Shown here one piece after another: positions 1 to 9,024 of a stretch of 64,000 bases of DNA. The notes beneath the pieces were generated by a model that searched no databases, was not told the DNA's origin, and saw nothing but the letters and a program-made list of their open reading frames with translations. Both the position numbers and the translations under genes were made by a program. The stretch's first letter is position 1; the number at the start of each line of letters is the position of its first letter. Source of the DNA: Lachnospiraceae bacterium (GTDB taxonomy: Bacteria > Bacillota > Clostridia > Lachnospirales > Lachnospiraceae); assembly GCA_024693545.1 (NCBI GenBank), contig JAILKT010000060.1:32723-96722 (forward strand), given 5' to 3'.

Positions 1-158
1 AAATAACCGCTGGCTTCAAGATCAAAAAGCTTACCCATGGCATCGCTTGTATCATACTTAAAAGTCGTGCTCTGTATTATCGGAACCTGTCTTGATTCTC
101 CCTGTCCGGGGGTCCACCCCGCAAGTATACAATTTGTTTCTTTTGAAAATCCGTTCAT
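1..158 (-). CDS. 5' end (52 codons, continues off the window) of a Cys/Met-metabolism PLP enzyme (O-acetylhomoserine sulfhydrylase / methionine gamma-lyase family)
   Basis: Not in the ORF track (too short). Minus-strand ATG at 158-156 follows AGGAGG. The translation MNGFSKETNCILAGWTPGQGESRQVPIIQSTTFKYDTSDAMGKLFDLEASGY resembles the conserved N-terminus of trans-sulfuration PLP enzymes. Confidence 0.6.
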   Translation of the reverse strand, partial: MNGFSKETNCILAGWTPGQGESRQVPIIQSTTFKYDTSDAMGKLFDLEASGY

Positions 159-287
159 TTTTGTTTTCCTCCTCATGCGGTCTCTCCACGTGACCGCCCT
201 TTCATTTTCTTCATTTATACTTTGTGTGCCGCTATTTTTCATGTCATCAGGAGTCAATCCCGGCTTTCTTTTTCATAAAGCTCTGTT

Positions 288-1337
288 TTAACAAACTCCA
301 AACTTATAAACGGTTGTACTTTTGAATTCCTCGCCCGCTCTGAGTATGGGCTGAGGGAATTCGGGATGATTGACTGCATCGGGATAGAACTGTGTTTCAA
401 GACATACGGCATTACGCTTCTTATATGTAACACCGCCTTTTCCCTTCTGAGTCTTGATGCAGTTGCCCGCATAAAACTGCACACCGGGCAAATCCGTATA
501 TACGGTCATCGACCTTCCGCTACGCTCATCCATGAGGATTGCGGCACGCCCGTACTCACGTTCTTTCTTGTCAATGACATAATTAATGTCATATCCCAAA
601 CCGATCTCAAGAAGCTCATCTTTATCATCGATCCTGTCTTCGATAACCCTGAACTGCGTAAAATCGAAAGGCGTTCCTTCGATGTTCATGAATTCACCTG
701 TCGGAATGCTTCCCTCTACAACCGGAGTAAGTTCTTTGCAATCAAGCAAAAGCTTGCAGTGCATAGCACTTCCCGAAGCATGACCGCTGAGATTAAAATA
801 GCTGTGATTCGTAGGGTTGAAAACGGTATCCTTATCCGATTTTCCCGTGTAGCTTATAACAAGCTCATTATCATCGGTAAGGCCGTATGTAACGCTCATC
901 TCAAGATTTCCGGGGAATCCCTGATCACCGTCTTTGCTGAAAAGCGAGAAAGTTACTTTTTCGCCGGAGCCTATCTCCGTGTTGAACAAGCGCTTGTTGA
1001 AACCGTTATCAAAAGAACTGTGAAGATTGTTTTGGTTATCATTGACTTCCAGCTTATATTCAACTCCGTTAAGCTTGAAAGCCGCGTTACCGATACGGTT
1101 GGCATTTCTTCCGATCGTGCTTCCGAAATATGACGGGTTGACGCTGTAGCCTTCAGCATCGTCAAATCCGAGCACTATATCGTCGAGTTTACCATTCCTG
1201 TCGGGGACAAAAAGACGAACAAGATTGGCACCGAAATCGGTGATCTCAGCCTTCATTCCGTTTTTATTTGTAATTGTATAAAGGGATGCTTTCGATCCGT
1301 CCTTTAGACTTCCGAATTCCGAAACAGAAACAGACAT
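288..1337 (-). CDS. galM: aldose 1-epimerase (galactose mutarotase)
   Basis: 349 aa. Shows typical mutarotase blocks (GFDD..GY...PYFG..IGR.ANRI, LHSSFDNGF, NPTNHSYFNL, CLETQ.YPDA). Confidence 0.88.
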   Translation of the reverse strand: MSVSVSEFGSLKDGSKASLYTITNKNGMKAEITDFGANLVRLFVPDRNGKLDDIVLGFDDAEGYSVNPSYFGSTIGRNANRIGNAAFKLNGVEYKLEVNDNQNNLHSSFDNGFNKRLFNTEIGSGEKVTFSLFSKDGDQGFPGNLEMSVTYGLTDDNELVISYTGKSDKDTVFNPTNHSYFNLSGHASGSAMHCKLLLDCKELTPVVEGSIPTGEFMNIEGTPFDFTQFRVIEDRIDDKDELLEIGLGYDINYVIDKKEREYGRAAILMDERSGRSMTVYTDLPGVQFYAGNCIKTQKGKGGVTYKKRNAVCLETQFYPDAVNHPEFPQPILRAGEEFKSTTVYKFGVC

Positions 1338-1390
1338 TTCTTATATCCTCCTATCAAGATGCGGCTCGCATCTTTTTATCACTCTGATTG

Positions 1391-1419
1391 ATTATACATT
1401 TCTTCAGGTCACCTTGCAA
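1391..1419 (-). promoter_or_regulatory. sigma-A-type promoter candidate for galM
   Basis: Minus strand reads TTGCAA (1419-1414), a 17-nt spacer, then TATAAT (1396-1391), about 55 nt upstream of the galM ATG. Confidence 0.55.
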
Positions 1420-1457
1420 TAAACCCATATAAAAAAGTATAACGGTTTTGTACAAAT

Positions 1458-3197
1458 TTATGCTCCCTCAAAGATGTCCCTGATGATCATCTGCACCGAC
1501 CTTAAGCCATTGTACTCATTGATCTGCGGCTCATAAGCCACGGTGATCTTCATATTATTCTTTTTCCCCGCAAGCGCGCAGCGAACTTCTTCCTTTCCGA
1601 ACATCCGCTCCAGCTTTCTGACCGTTTCATCGGAATTAAAGAAACTCGATGCCGTAACGGGTGTTCCGAGAGAGGTTCTGAGACAGAGCCTTAACGAACT
1701 GTTGTCCCTCCCCATATACCTCATCGATTCTACTGTAAGATCCCTGTCGGCAAAGACAGGTCTCATGTTCGGTACTCCGAAGGGGGCAAGCTTTGAGATC
1801 CACTCAACGGTCGATTCATTCATAAGTTCAAAAGAAGCAACAGCCTCAAGTTTTAACGAAGGGATCATCTGATCGACTGTCAGCGGCCATTCGGCGTTAA
1901 TCCTTTCTCTGAACTCATCGAGCTTGTCTTCTTCCATTGAAAGACCGGCGGCAAGCGCATGTCCCCCGAACTTTACAAGAATGTCTTTAAGCGATGTCAA
2001 TGCTTCAAAAAGACTGTGTCCGGGCACTCCTCTCGCAGATCCTTTGATCAGTTCTCCCGAACGGGTAAAAACAAAGGCCGGTCTGTTATATATCTCTCTG
2101 ATACGGCCCGCTGCAATTCCGAGAATGCTTTCATGACATCCTTCGATAAAAACAACGAGCACTTTCATATCATCATCCGGTTCTCCGATGATATGAACAG
2201 CTTCTTTTTCCGCTTCTTCCGAAAGGCGTTTTCTTTCTTCGTTCATCTCGCACAGTTCAAATGCGATCTTTTCCGCCTCGGATATGTCTTTTTCCTGCAA
2301 AAGCGAAAGGGCAAGAGATGCATCTCCGAGTCTTCCGGCCGCATTGATGCATGGGCCGATGACATATCCTATCTTATGCTCATCTATACCGGAGGGCTCA
2401 ACCTGTTTTGCACTCAAAAGAGCCCTTATCCCGGGATTTTCCGTGGTGCGAAGAGCCTCCAGCCCCAGTGAAACGATAGTCCTGTTTTCATCCGAAAGAG
2501 GAACGACATCGCAAACTGTAGCCAGACACATATACTCAATGTATTCAAGCTTGCATGCCTTTTTTCCTGCCTTTATGTTAAGCGCTTCAATAACTTTTGC
2601 CGCCACAACTGCGCCGCATATCTCCCTGAACGGATATGTGCAGCCGCTCTGTTTCGGATCTATAACCACATCGGCCTCAGAGATCGACTCTCCTGCCTCA
2701 TGATGATCGGTCACGATCATCCTTACTCCGAGTTCTTTCGCTTTCAGCGCGGCCTCAAATGCCGAAATACCGTTATCGCATGTGACGATAAGACCCGTTC
2801 CTTCTTCATAAGCCTTTGTGACGATATCGGGATTTATGCCGTAACCGTCCCGCACTCTGTGAGGTAAATAAACATCTACATCCGCACCCAGCTTTTTCAG
2901 CCCGTCACTGAGAATGTATGCCGAGGCAACGCCGTCAACATCATAGTCTCCCACTACTCTTATGTGCGTTCCTTTCCGGATCTCACCGAGGATGATCTCG
3001 CATGCGGGCTCGATTCCCTTCAGCAAAAAAGGATCGTAAAGATCTTCAGACTTCGGAAAAAGGAAGCGTCTTACAGCTTCCTTTTCACAAATGTCTCTAT
3101 TGACGAGTAACCGGGCCACCACCTCGGGGCACCCTGTTTCGGCGCAGATAGCGGCCTCGTCACCCTTTTTGTTGTAAACAGTCCATCTCGAACCCAT
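1458..3197 (-). CDS. recJ: single-stranded-DNA-specific exonuclease RecJ
   Basis: 579 aa with DHH-family motifs (VGDYDVDGV, TCDNG, VTDHH) and a DHHA1-like GGHALAAG. The start codon shares one base with the secDF stop (TAATG). Confidence 0.9.
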   Translation of the reverse strand: MGSRWTVYNKKGDEAAICAETGCPEVVARLLVNRDICEKEAVRRFLFPKSEDLYDPFLLKGIEPACEIILGEIRKGTHIRVVGDYDVDGVASAYILSDGLKKLGADVDVYLPHRVRDGYGINPDIVTKAYEEGTGLIVTCDNGISAFEAALKAKELGVRMIVTDHHEAGESISEADVVIDPKQSGCTYPFREICGAVVAAKVIEALNIKAGKKACKLEYIEYMCLATVCDVVPLSDENRTIVSLGLEALRTTENPGIRALLSAKQVEPSGIDEHKIGYVIGPCINAAGRLGDASLALSLLQEKDISEAEKIAFELCEMNEERKRLSEEAEKEAVHIIGEPDDDMKVLVVFIEGCHESILGIAAGRIREIYNRPAFVFTRSGELIKGSARGVPGHSLFEALTSLKDILVKFGGHALAAGLSMEEDKLDEFRERINAEWPLTVDQMIPSLKLEAVASFELMNESTVEWISKLAPFGVPNMRPVFADRDLTVESMRYMGRDNSSLRLCLRTSLGTPVTASSFFNSDETVRKLERMFGKEEVRCALAGKKNNMKITVAYEPQINEYNGLRSVQMIIRDIFEGA

Positions 3198-5455
3198 TAA
3201 ACTACCTTTTTAATCTTTCTCTGAAGTGTGTACCAAAGTCCACCGGTCAGGCAAACCGACGAGAATGTACCTGCTATGATACCCACCATGAGCGGGATAG
3301 CGAATTCCTTAACGGAAGTTGCACCCATGATTGCAAGGAAAAGAACCGCAATAAATGTTGTAAGCGAAGTATTGATGCTTCGGCTGAACGTCTGGGTGAT
3401 ACTTGAATTAACGATTTCCTTATAAGTATACCTGTTGTGGTTTTCCGCAATATTCTCTCTGATACGGTCGAAAATAACGATGGTAGCATTGATCGAATAT
3501 CCGACGATGGTAAGCAGACAAGCGATAAATGTGTTACCTACCGTGATGCCTGCGGAATCGATCGCATAAAGTGCGATTACGATAACAACATCATGTAAGA
3601 GTGCCACAACGGCGGCAACGGCGAAGTTTATATTTCTGAATCTTATCCAGATGTATATAAGCATGCAGATTGTAGCCACTATAACGGCAACAAGCGCATC
3701 ACGCTTCATTTCTCCGCTGACGGTGGAACCTACGGACGTTGTCGAAAGGTTTTCATCGGTAACTCCGAATGTATCCTCAAATGCCTTTGTGAGAAGTGCT
3801 CTGTTTTCTGTCGAAAGCTCCTTGGTCTTAACCGTGATCATGTTTTCGCTTGAAACCGTCGAGATCTCAGCCTTCTCATTTACCGTATCAAGCACAAGCT
3901 TTTCGATCTTGCTCTGTGCATCAGCGGGAATGCCGTCATCAAACGTGATCGATGTAGCGGTACCGCCGGCGAAATCAAGACCGTAATTGAAAGGAGCATC
4001 ATACTTGGCAAAATTCATGAATATTCCGACGATACCGATCAGGATACAAGCAGCCGAAACACAAAGGAACTTAGGGAAGTGCTTAAGGAAAGGCTTGGGC
4101 TCTTTTTCCTTCTTGGAACCGTAAAGAACGATCTTGTTGCATCCAACTTCGTAAAGAGCTCCGAGAATGAATTTTGTAACAATAAGTGCCGTAAGCATCG
4201 AAAGGACAACACCGATAGCAAGTGTCTGAGCAAAGCCCACTACAGTTCCCGATCCGAGTGCAAAGAGCACGATCGCTGCAATGATAGTAGTAACGTTACC
4301 GTCCACGATAGCTGAAAGAGCTTTATGGAAACCTACCTTTATGGCCGAATTAACAGTCTTTCCCGAGCCGATCTCTTCACGGATACGCGTGAATATGATG
4401 ACATTGGCATCGACGGCCATACCGACCGAAAGGATGATACCGGCAATACCGGGTAATGTAAGCGTAACATTGAAAATATTGAGACATACGATCATGAGCT
4501 CAATATAGAACAGAAGTGCAAGTGCCGCAGCGACACCGGGAATTCTGTAAAATCCGATCATGAATAAAATTATGAGAATAAAGCCGATAAGACCGGCGAT
4601 AAGGCTCGTCGTGAGTGCATCAAGACCAAGCTTTGCACTTTCAACATAATAACGAAGCACGGAAAGTTCAAGAGGAAGTGCACCGATTCTGATCGTCGAA
4701 GCAAGAATGCTTGCCTCTTCAAAAGTACTCTGACCTTCTATGATCGCGTTTCCGTCATCGATCGCCGAAACAACCGAAGGCGCGCTGACTACTTCGTTAT
4801 CGTAAACGATCGCGATGACATTCTCAAGAGAACCTCTGGAATATCCCGCGCAGCGTGCTGTCGCGCTTGCGAACTTGTTGCGTCCGTCATCGTTGAATTT
4901 GAGAGAAACCACATTCTTGCGGAGGCCGTACTGATCGTTGATGATATCTGCTTCTGCACCGGCTATCTGAGAACCGTCAACAACAACATCGCCTGCTGCA
5001 ATGATTTCTTCCATGCTTCTTGCAAGAACAGACTTCGTCTCAAGGGTAACGGGATCGGTCGTGGTCGAAATGTTAGCCACTCCGCTGTCACCGCTGCCAT
5101 ATATAAAGTAAATGTTTCCTGCATCACCGAGCTGTTCAAGCACTTCATCGGCATCGGTTATGTCGGGGATAGCTACCGTAATACGGCGGTCTCCCTCGGG
5201 ATAAACCTGTGCTTCGGTGCTGAATGCTTCCGCACGCCTCTGCATTTTGTAAACTGTGTCACTGAGTTCATCGGCTGTAGGATCTTCCTTAACCGTCTCG
5301 TAAGTAATGCTGACTCCACCTGCAAGGTCGAGACCGAGCTTAACATCTCTTGCCGACAAAGCATTTTCCGAATTCACGCCTATCAGCGCTACAACACCGA
5401 GCAGTGCAATAACCACAAGTGTTGCGAGAAGTTTGATATACCCTTTACCCTTCAT
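3197..5455 (-). CDS. secDF: fused protein-export membrane protein SecDF
   Basis: Twelve-TM-type protein with a large first extracytoplasmic loop and duplicated SecD/SecF blocks (GIAGIILSVGMAVDANVIIF.RIREE ... LHDVVIVIALY ... IVGYSINATIVIFDRIREN). The start is moved to the ATG at 5455, which is preceded by GGAGGA. Confidence 0.9.
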   Translation of the reverse strand: MKGKGYIKLLATLVVIALLGVVALIGVNSENALSARDVKLGLDLAGGVSITYETVKEDPTADELSDTVYKMQRRAEAFSTEAQVYPEGDRRITVAIPDITDADEVLEQLGDAGNIYFIYGSGDSGVANISTTTDPVTLETKSVLARSMEEIIAAGDVVVDGSQIAGAEADIINDQYGLRKNVVSLKFNDDGRNKFASATARCAGYSRGSLENVIAIVYDNEVVSAPSVVSAIDDGNAIIEGQSTFEEASILASTIRIGALPLELSVLRYYVESAKLGLDALTTSLIAGLIGFILIILFMIGFYRIPGVAAALALLFYIELMIVCLNIFNVTLTLPGIAGIILSVGMAVDANVIIFTRIREEIGSGKTVNSAIKVGFHKALSAIVDGNVTTIIAAIVLFALGSGTVVGFAQTLAIGVVLSMLTALIVTKFILGALYEVGCNKIVLYGSKKEKEPKPFLKHFPKFLCVSAACILIGIVGIFMNFAKYDAPFNYGLDFAGGTATSITFDDGIPADAQSKIEKLVLDTVNEKAEISTVSSENMITVKTKELSTENRALLTKAFEDTFGVTDENLSTTSVGSTVSGEMKRDALVAVIVATICMLIYIWIRFRNINFAVAAVVALLHDVVIVIALYAIDSAGITVGNTFIACLLTIVGYSINATIVIFDRIRENIAENHNRYTYKEIVNSSITQTFSRSINTSLTTFIAVLFLAIMGATSVKEFAIPLMVGIIAGTFSSVCLTGGLWYTLQRKIKKVV

Positions 5456-5514
5456 GGTATCCTCCAAAATAATAACTATAATCTTCTCGGTCATAACAGA
5501 CCTCACAATGTGTG

Positions 5515-5543
5515 ATTTTAACACAGTGACGTAAAAAGGTAAA
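5515..5543 (-). promoter_or_regulatory. promoter candidate for secDF-recJ
   Basis: Minus strand reads TTTACC, a 17-nt spacer, then TGT-TAAAAT (extended -10). Confidence 0.35.
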
Positions 5544-5622
5544 GAAAAAACTCTCCCGACTTTGTTTCATTATCACTTTTATTATTTTCTACATTTTTAA
5601 AAAAAATTTTATAATTTCTTAA

Positions 5623-5651
5623 TTGAATATCCATCTGTTATATGATATCAT
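5623..5651 (+). promoter_or_regulatory. promoter candidate for the DegV gene
   Basis: TTGAAT (5623-5628), a 17-nt spacer, then TGA-TATCAT (5646-5651), in an AT-rich divergent intergenic region. Confidence 0.35.
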
Positions 5652-5713
5652 CATACGCGGTTTTAAAAACTACATCATTCGGTTTGGTTTAACCTACCGG
5701 TTTGGAGGACTTT

Positions 5714-6589
5714 GTGAGAGACTATATTATTTCGACCGATTCTACCGCCGATCTTCCCGAAGATTACATCAAGGCGCACAATATTTCGATTCATCCGCTG
5801 TATTATGTCCTTGATGATTTCCAGTACGGTGGAGATCGTAACATCCCCATAGGCGAATTTTACAAAAGAATGCGCGACGGTGCCGTTGCAACGACATGTG
5901 CGTCAAATCCCGATGTTGTTTCTTCATTATTTACAGCAGACGTTGAGGCCGGACATGATGTCCTTCATATAGGATTTTCTTCCGCTCTTTCGTCATCCTG
6001 TAATAATGCTATGGTAGTTTCCCGTGAAGTCATGGAAGCTCATCCCGAAGCCAAGATCACCGTTATCGATTCTCTTGCCGCTTCTCTCGGTCAGGGTCTC
6101 CTCGTTCATTATGCCGTAAAGCTCAAAGAAGAAGGCAAAAGCCTTGAAGAAGTTGCCGAATGGGTTGAAAAGAACAAGCTGCACATTTGTCACCAATTCA
6201 CAGTTGAGGATCTCAAGTATCTTTACAGAGGCGGACGTATTTCCAAATCTGTAGCAATCCTCGGAACTCTTATCAACGTAAAACCCGTTCTTCATGTTGA
6301 TAATGAAGGTCGTCTCGTTCCCATGAGTAACGTTCGCGGCCGTAAGAAGTCACTTAATACACTTGTGGCCAACATGGGTGCTCAGCTCGGTGACTACAAG
6401 AACGACATCATCTTTATCGGTCACGGCGATTCGCTCGAAGATGCAGAGTATGTGCGCGATAAGATCAAAGAGCAATTTGGTATAGATTCCTTTATAATCA
6501 ATCACATTTCCCCGACCATCGGCGCTCACTCCGGTCCCGGAACCATCGCTCTTTTCCACCTCGGCGAATCAAGAATGATAAACGCTTAA
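5714..6589 (+). CDS. DegV family fatty-acid-binding protein
   Basis: The N-terminus (M)RDYIISTDSTADLP plus GPGTIALF near the C-terminus are DegV hallmarks. The track ORF starts at TTG 5702; GTG at 5714 after GGAGGA gives the canonical N-terminus. Confidence 0.88.
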   Translation: MRDYIISTDSTADLPEDYIKAHNISIHPLYYVLDDFQYGGDRNIPIGEFYKRMRDGAVATTCASNPDVVSSLFTADVEAGHDVLHIGFSSALSSSCNNAMVVSREVMEAHPEAKITVIDSLAASLGQGLLVHYAVKLKEEGKSLEEVAEWVEKNKLHICHQFTVEDLKYLYRGGRISKSVAILGTLINVKPVLHVDNEGRLVPMSNVRGRKKSLNTLVANMGAQLGDYKNDIIFIGHGDSLEDAEYVRDKIKEQFGIDSFIINHISPTIGAHSGPGTIALFHLGESRMINA

Positions 6590-6635
6590 TATCCACCATT
6601 TGGTGTTTATATAAGTACCCCTTAATTTTCGAAGA

Positions 6636-6666
6636 CCCGGCAGCTCCCTCTGCCGGGCTTTCTTTT
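6636..6666 (+). terminator. rho-independent terminator after the DegV gene; its hairpin is shared with the convergent Tad-like operon
   Basis: Stem CCCGGCAG/CTGCCGGG with a 6-nt loop, followed by CTTTCTTTT. The T-tract overlaps the stop of the convergent 217-aa gene. Confidence 0.65.
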
Positions 6667-7318
6667 ATGTTTTCTTTTTCCTGAGGCATGCATTCCTTAT
6701 ACAGACAAATCCTTTTTCTCCGGTCAGTCCGCTCCTCCGGTTGCAGACCATACATACAAGAATTGACCTTCCGCTTGAAGCCCTGTATCCCGTCAGCCCG
6801 GTTTCATCCGGCAAAAAAAGTCTTTTCTCTGCCTCGGCCGCGGCTCTGTTTATGTTTCCTCCGAAACCGTCTTCATGTAAGCAGCCTTCCTTTATGATTT
6901 CCATAATGGCCTCGGCCGCCTCATCTTCATTTTTAATATTTTCGAAAAGTTTCCATTCTCCTCCCCTTCCGGTCGGTCTCGAAATCATTCTTCCTTTTCC
7001 GTCGAAGACAGCAAATGCTGCTGTCATATCGACGAGCTGACCTCGACACAGATTGACATTTCTTCCAAGAGCCGCTGCCATTGCTTCAATAAATATACTT
7101 TCCACATATTCCGCATTCTCCTTCGTCAGTCCGTTTTCATTTTCGGGAACGATACCAAGATATTCGCAGGCATCATCGACAGCCTTCTCCACCGCATATG
7201 AGAACCGTTCGTAGTCCCGCATGGCATTTCGGTCCTCCTTTAACGACAATTCCCCAACGGTAAGAACGGCTGTCAGTATTATAAGGAATGCCCCTGTAAA
7301 GATTTCAGTCCTCACCAT
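6665..7318 (-). CDS. hypothetical N-terminally anchored protein (last gene of the Tad-like operon)
   Basis: 217 aa with one N-terminal TM helix (FTGAFLIILTAVLTVG). Overlaps the upstream gene by 14 nt. No family recognised. Confidence 0.45.
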   Translation of the reverse strand: MVRTEIFTGAFLIILTAVLTVGELSLKEDRNAMRDYERFSYAVEKAVDDACEYLGIVPENENGLTKENAEYVESIFIEAMAAALGRNVNLCRGQLVDMTAAFAVFDGKGRMISRPTGRGGEWKLFENIKNEDEAAEAIMEIIKEGCLHEDGFGGNINRAAAEAEKRLFLPDETGLTGYRASSGRSILVCMVCNRRSGLTGEKGFVCIRNACLRKKKT

Positions 7319-7724
7319 ACCTCCTCATGCCGTTGACGCGCCCTCTGCAGAGAAAACTATGGTCGTTTCGCGACAGTTTCAGAATGACCTCGTCATTATA
7401 CTCAAATCTATAGAAACCGTTCTTTTCAACGGCATCATATATTACTGCGCTGTCCGCTGCAAAGCTTCTCCGCCGGTCTCCGCTGTTTCTCTGACACTCA
7501 AGCGATATATCAAATGCTCCGTATCCGTGGGGGAGGGCATTTACGAAAGCATCAAGCGATGTTTCCGACACTTCGCCCATTCTGCATACGGTCATAAGAA
7601 AAGATCTTGCCTCTATACACGCATCGTCAAATAAGAGTCTCTCCGTTCCGGTCCTTGCAACCGCGAAGTAACCGGCAACAAATAACACAAGGAAAATAAG
7701 GGATCTGATATAGCTTTGTCTCAC
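7305..7724 (-). CDS. hypothetical N-terminally anchored protein (Tad-like operon)
   Basis: 139 aa. GTG start overlaps the stop of the upstream small ORF (GTGA). N-terminal TM helix LIFLVLFVAGYFAV. Confidence 0.45.
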   Translation of the reverse strand: MRQSYIRSLIFLVLFVAGYFAVARTGTERLLFDDACIEARSFLMTVCRMGEVSETSLDAFVNALPHGYGAFDISLECQRNSGDRRRSFAADSAVIYDAVEKNGFYRFEYNDEVILKLSRNDHSFLCRGRVNGMRRYGED

Positions 7725-7888
7725 GCCGGACCTCTTTCAGCCGCCAGCAGTCTCTCATAACGATTTTCCGCATATACCTGCCGTTCCGCTTTCTTTCTCT
7801 GCTCCGATGCAAAGAGCAGTACGGTAACCGCGCTCACAAAAATGATTCCCATAGCAGCTGCTACCAGGATTTCTTTTATCGTTCTCAT
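7721..7888 (-). CDS. unannotated 55-aa single-TM protein
   Basis: Not in the track. ATG at 7888 directly abuts the TGA of the upstream gene (TGAATG). Translation is MRTIKEILVAAAMGIIFVSAVTVLLFASEQRKKAERQVYAENRYERLLAAERGPA. It fills an otherwise empty operon gap. Confidence 0.4.
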   Translation of the reverse strand: MRTIKEILVAAAMGIIFVSAVTVLLFASEQRKKAERQVYAENRYERLLAAERGPA

Positions 7889-8371
7889 TCAGAAAACCTC
7901 CGATCCTCTGCCTATCCTGCAGCCCATACATATCTGCCCGGCATCTTTTTTCCTCTCGCTTGTAAATCGTCCCGTGATCTTTGAGAAGATCGAAGGTGAC
8001 ACCGCCCTTACTCCGACTGTTACCGTATCACCTTCATTCAGTACGACGCTCTCTCCCCTTTCGAGCAACCTCATTATCAGGTCATGCTCCATTTCTGCAT
8101 GATATTTTTCGCCTCCCAAAACCATATGGCATACTGCCACGGTGATCGTTATCTCATAGACATCCGGTTCGACCGCCAGCCGCTGTGTCAGTCTTTTCAC
8201 GCATTCGGCGTTTATCTCCCTTTCGTCCGCAACTTCATCGGTGAATACCTCTACTGCGCATTCCACTCTGTTCCTTGATTCCTCACAAATATCTTCCGCT
8301 CTCAGCATCATAGGAAAAAGCGTCACCAGAAACACGGCAAAAAGGCCGGTAAGATATTTTAATAAAGCCAT
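7889..8371 (-). CDS. hypothetical N-terminally anchored/secreted protein (Tad-like operon)
   Basis: 160 aa with a signal-anchor LTGLFAVFLVTLFPMML. RBS AAAAGGAG lies upstream. Confidence 0.45.
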   Translation of the reverse strand: MALLKYLTGLFAVFLVTLFPMMLRAEDICEESRNRVECAVEVFTDEVADEREINAECVKRLTQRLAVEPDVYEITITVAVCHMVLGGEKYHAEMEHDLIMRLLERGESVVLNEGDTVTVGVRAVSPSIFSKITGRFTSERKKDAGQICMGCRIGRGSEVF

Positions 8372-8392
8372 TTAACTCCTTTTCGTCTGTCG

Positions 8393-8461
8393 TTTGCCGT
8401 TTTGGTTTTCCTTCTCTTTGCCGCTTTGCCGTTTTGGTTTTCCTTCACTTTGCCGTTTTGG
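8393..8461. repeat. intergenic direct repeat, about 2.5 copies
   Basis: TTTGCCGTTTTGGTTTTCCTTC occurs at 8393 and 8425 (32-nt period). A partial third copy TTTGCCGTTTTGG is at 8449. Confidence 0.7.
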
Positions 8462-8474
8462 CTTAGGCATATGA

Positions 8475-8993
8475 TCACTGCTGAGAGAAAGTGATATTGA
8501 CAACCATTCCGTTCTGGTTCTTATATACCTTTCCGACAAAGGTTGCAGAAGGATTGATGTAATCGTCATCGGCCGGAGAGCAATCTCTGGCATCATAAGG
8601 CGAGGTCCTGGAACCTTCCACCCTCTTCGTCAGTGTCGCCATGTCATAAGAAGACGCATCATGGCCCGCTCCCGCATAAGTTGTTCCTCCGACGGTAGCC
8701 GCTTTCTGATTAAGCATTGTCACCACGGTAACAGAAATAACATCGCTTCTCGTCATCTTATCTATTACATCTCTGACCTTCTCACCCGATACGTAAAGCC
8801 CGTCGTAGAGGGTGGCGCTGATCTCCGAATAATCGCTCATAAGCTCCGAATACTGCGTATTACCGTCATTGATCGTTCCTTTTGCCTTTGTAACCATATA
8901 AAGCGCGATCGCACTGAGTATGAGTGCGATTATCACTACGACAGCAAGTATCAGCCCTTTTACGCTGATCTCTATCCTGTTTCTCCTTATCAT
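8475..8993 (-). CDS. pilin-like candidate (N-terminal basic segment, Gly, then hydrophobic helix)
   Basis: 172 aa beginning MIRRNRIEISVKG-LILAVVVIIALILSAIALYMV. Paralogous N-terminus to the next gene. Confidence 0.45.
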   Translation of the reverse strand: MIRRNRIEISVKGLILAVVVIIALILSAIALYMVTKAKGTINDGNTQYSELMSDYSEISATLYDGLYVSGEKVRDVIDKMTRSDVISVTVVTMLNQKAATVGGTTYAGAGHDASSYDMATLTKRVEGSRTSPYDARDCSPADDDYINPSATFVGKVYKNQNGMVVNITFSQQ

Positions 8994-9024
8994 AATCCTT
9001 TCCTTTCTTTTCCCTTTTTATCAT

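Noticed and set aside
159-287. SAM/T-box type riboswitch upstream of the metY-like gene
   Set aside because: The leader is only about 130 nt. I could not find the conserved SAM-I core or T-box specifier and T-box sequence. Only a short hairpin (GCGGTC-N9-GACCGC, 177-197) next to the RBS is present, which is not enough to call.
37-484. Track ORFs 37..291 (+) and 254..484 (-)
   Set aside because: The first is antisense to the better-supported metY-like 5' end and its leader. The second lies inside galM in another frame. Neither has an RBS or any motif.
1356-1374. Hairpin AAGATGCG-GCT-CGCATCTT as the recJ terminator
   Set aside because: Its T-tract is on the plus strand, where there is no upstream gene. 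On the minus strand it is followed by GAUAGG and lies downstream of the predicted galM promoter, so it is more likely a 5'-UTR structure of galM.
8372-8596. 74-aa minus-strand ORF between two Tad-operon genes
   Set aside because: Its sequence (KPKRQSEGKPKRQSGKEKENQNGKRQTKRS) is simply the intergenic direct repeat translated. It also overlaps the 3' end of the 172-aa gene in another frame.
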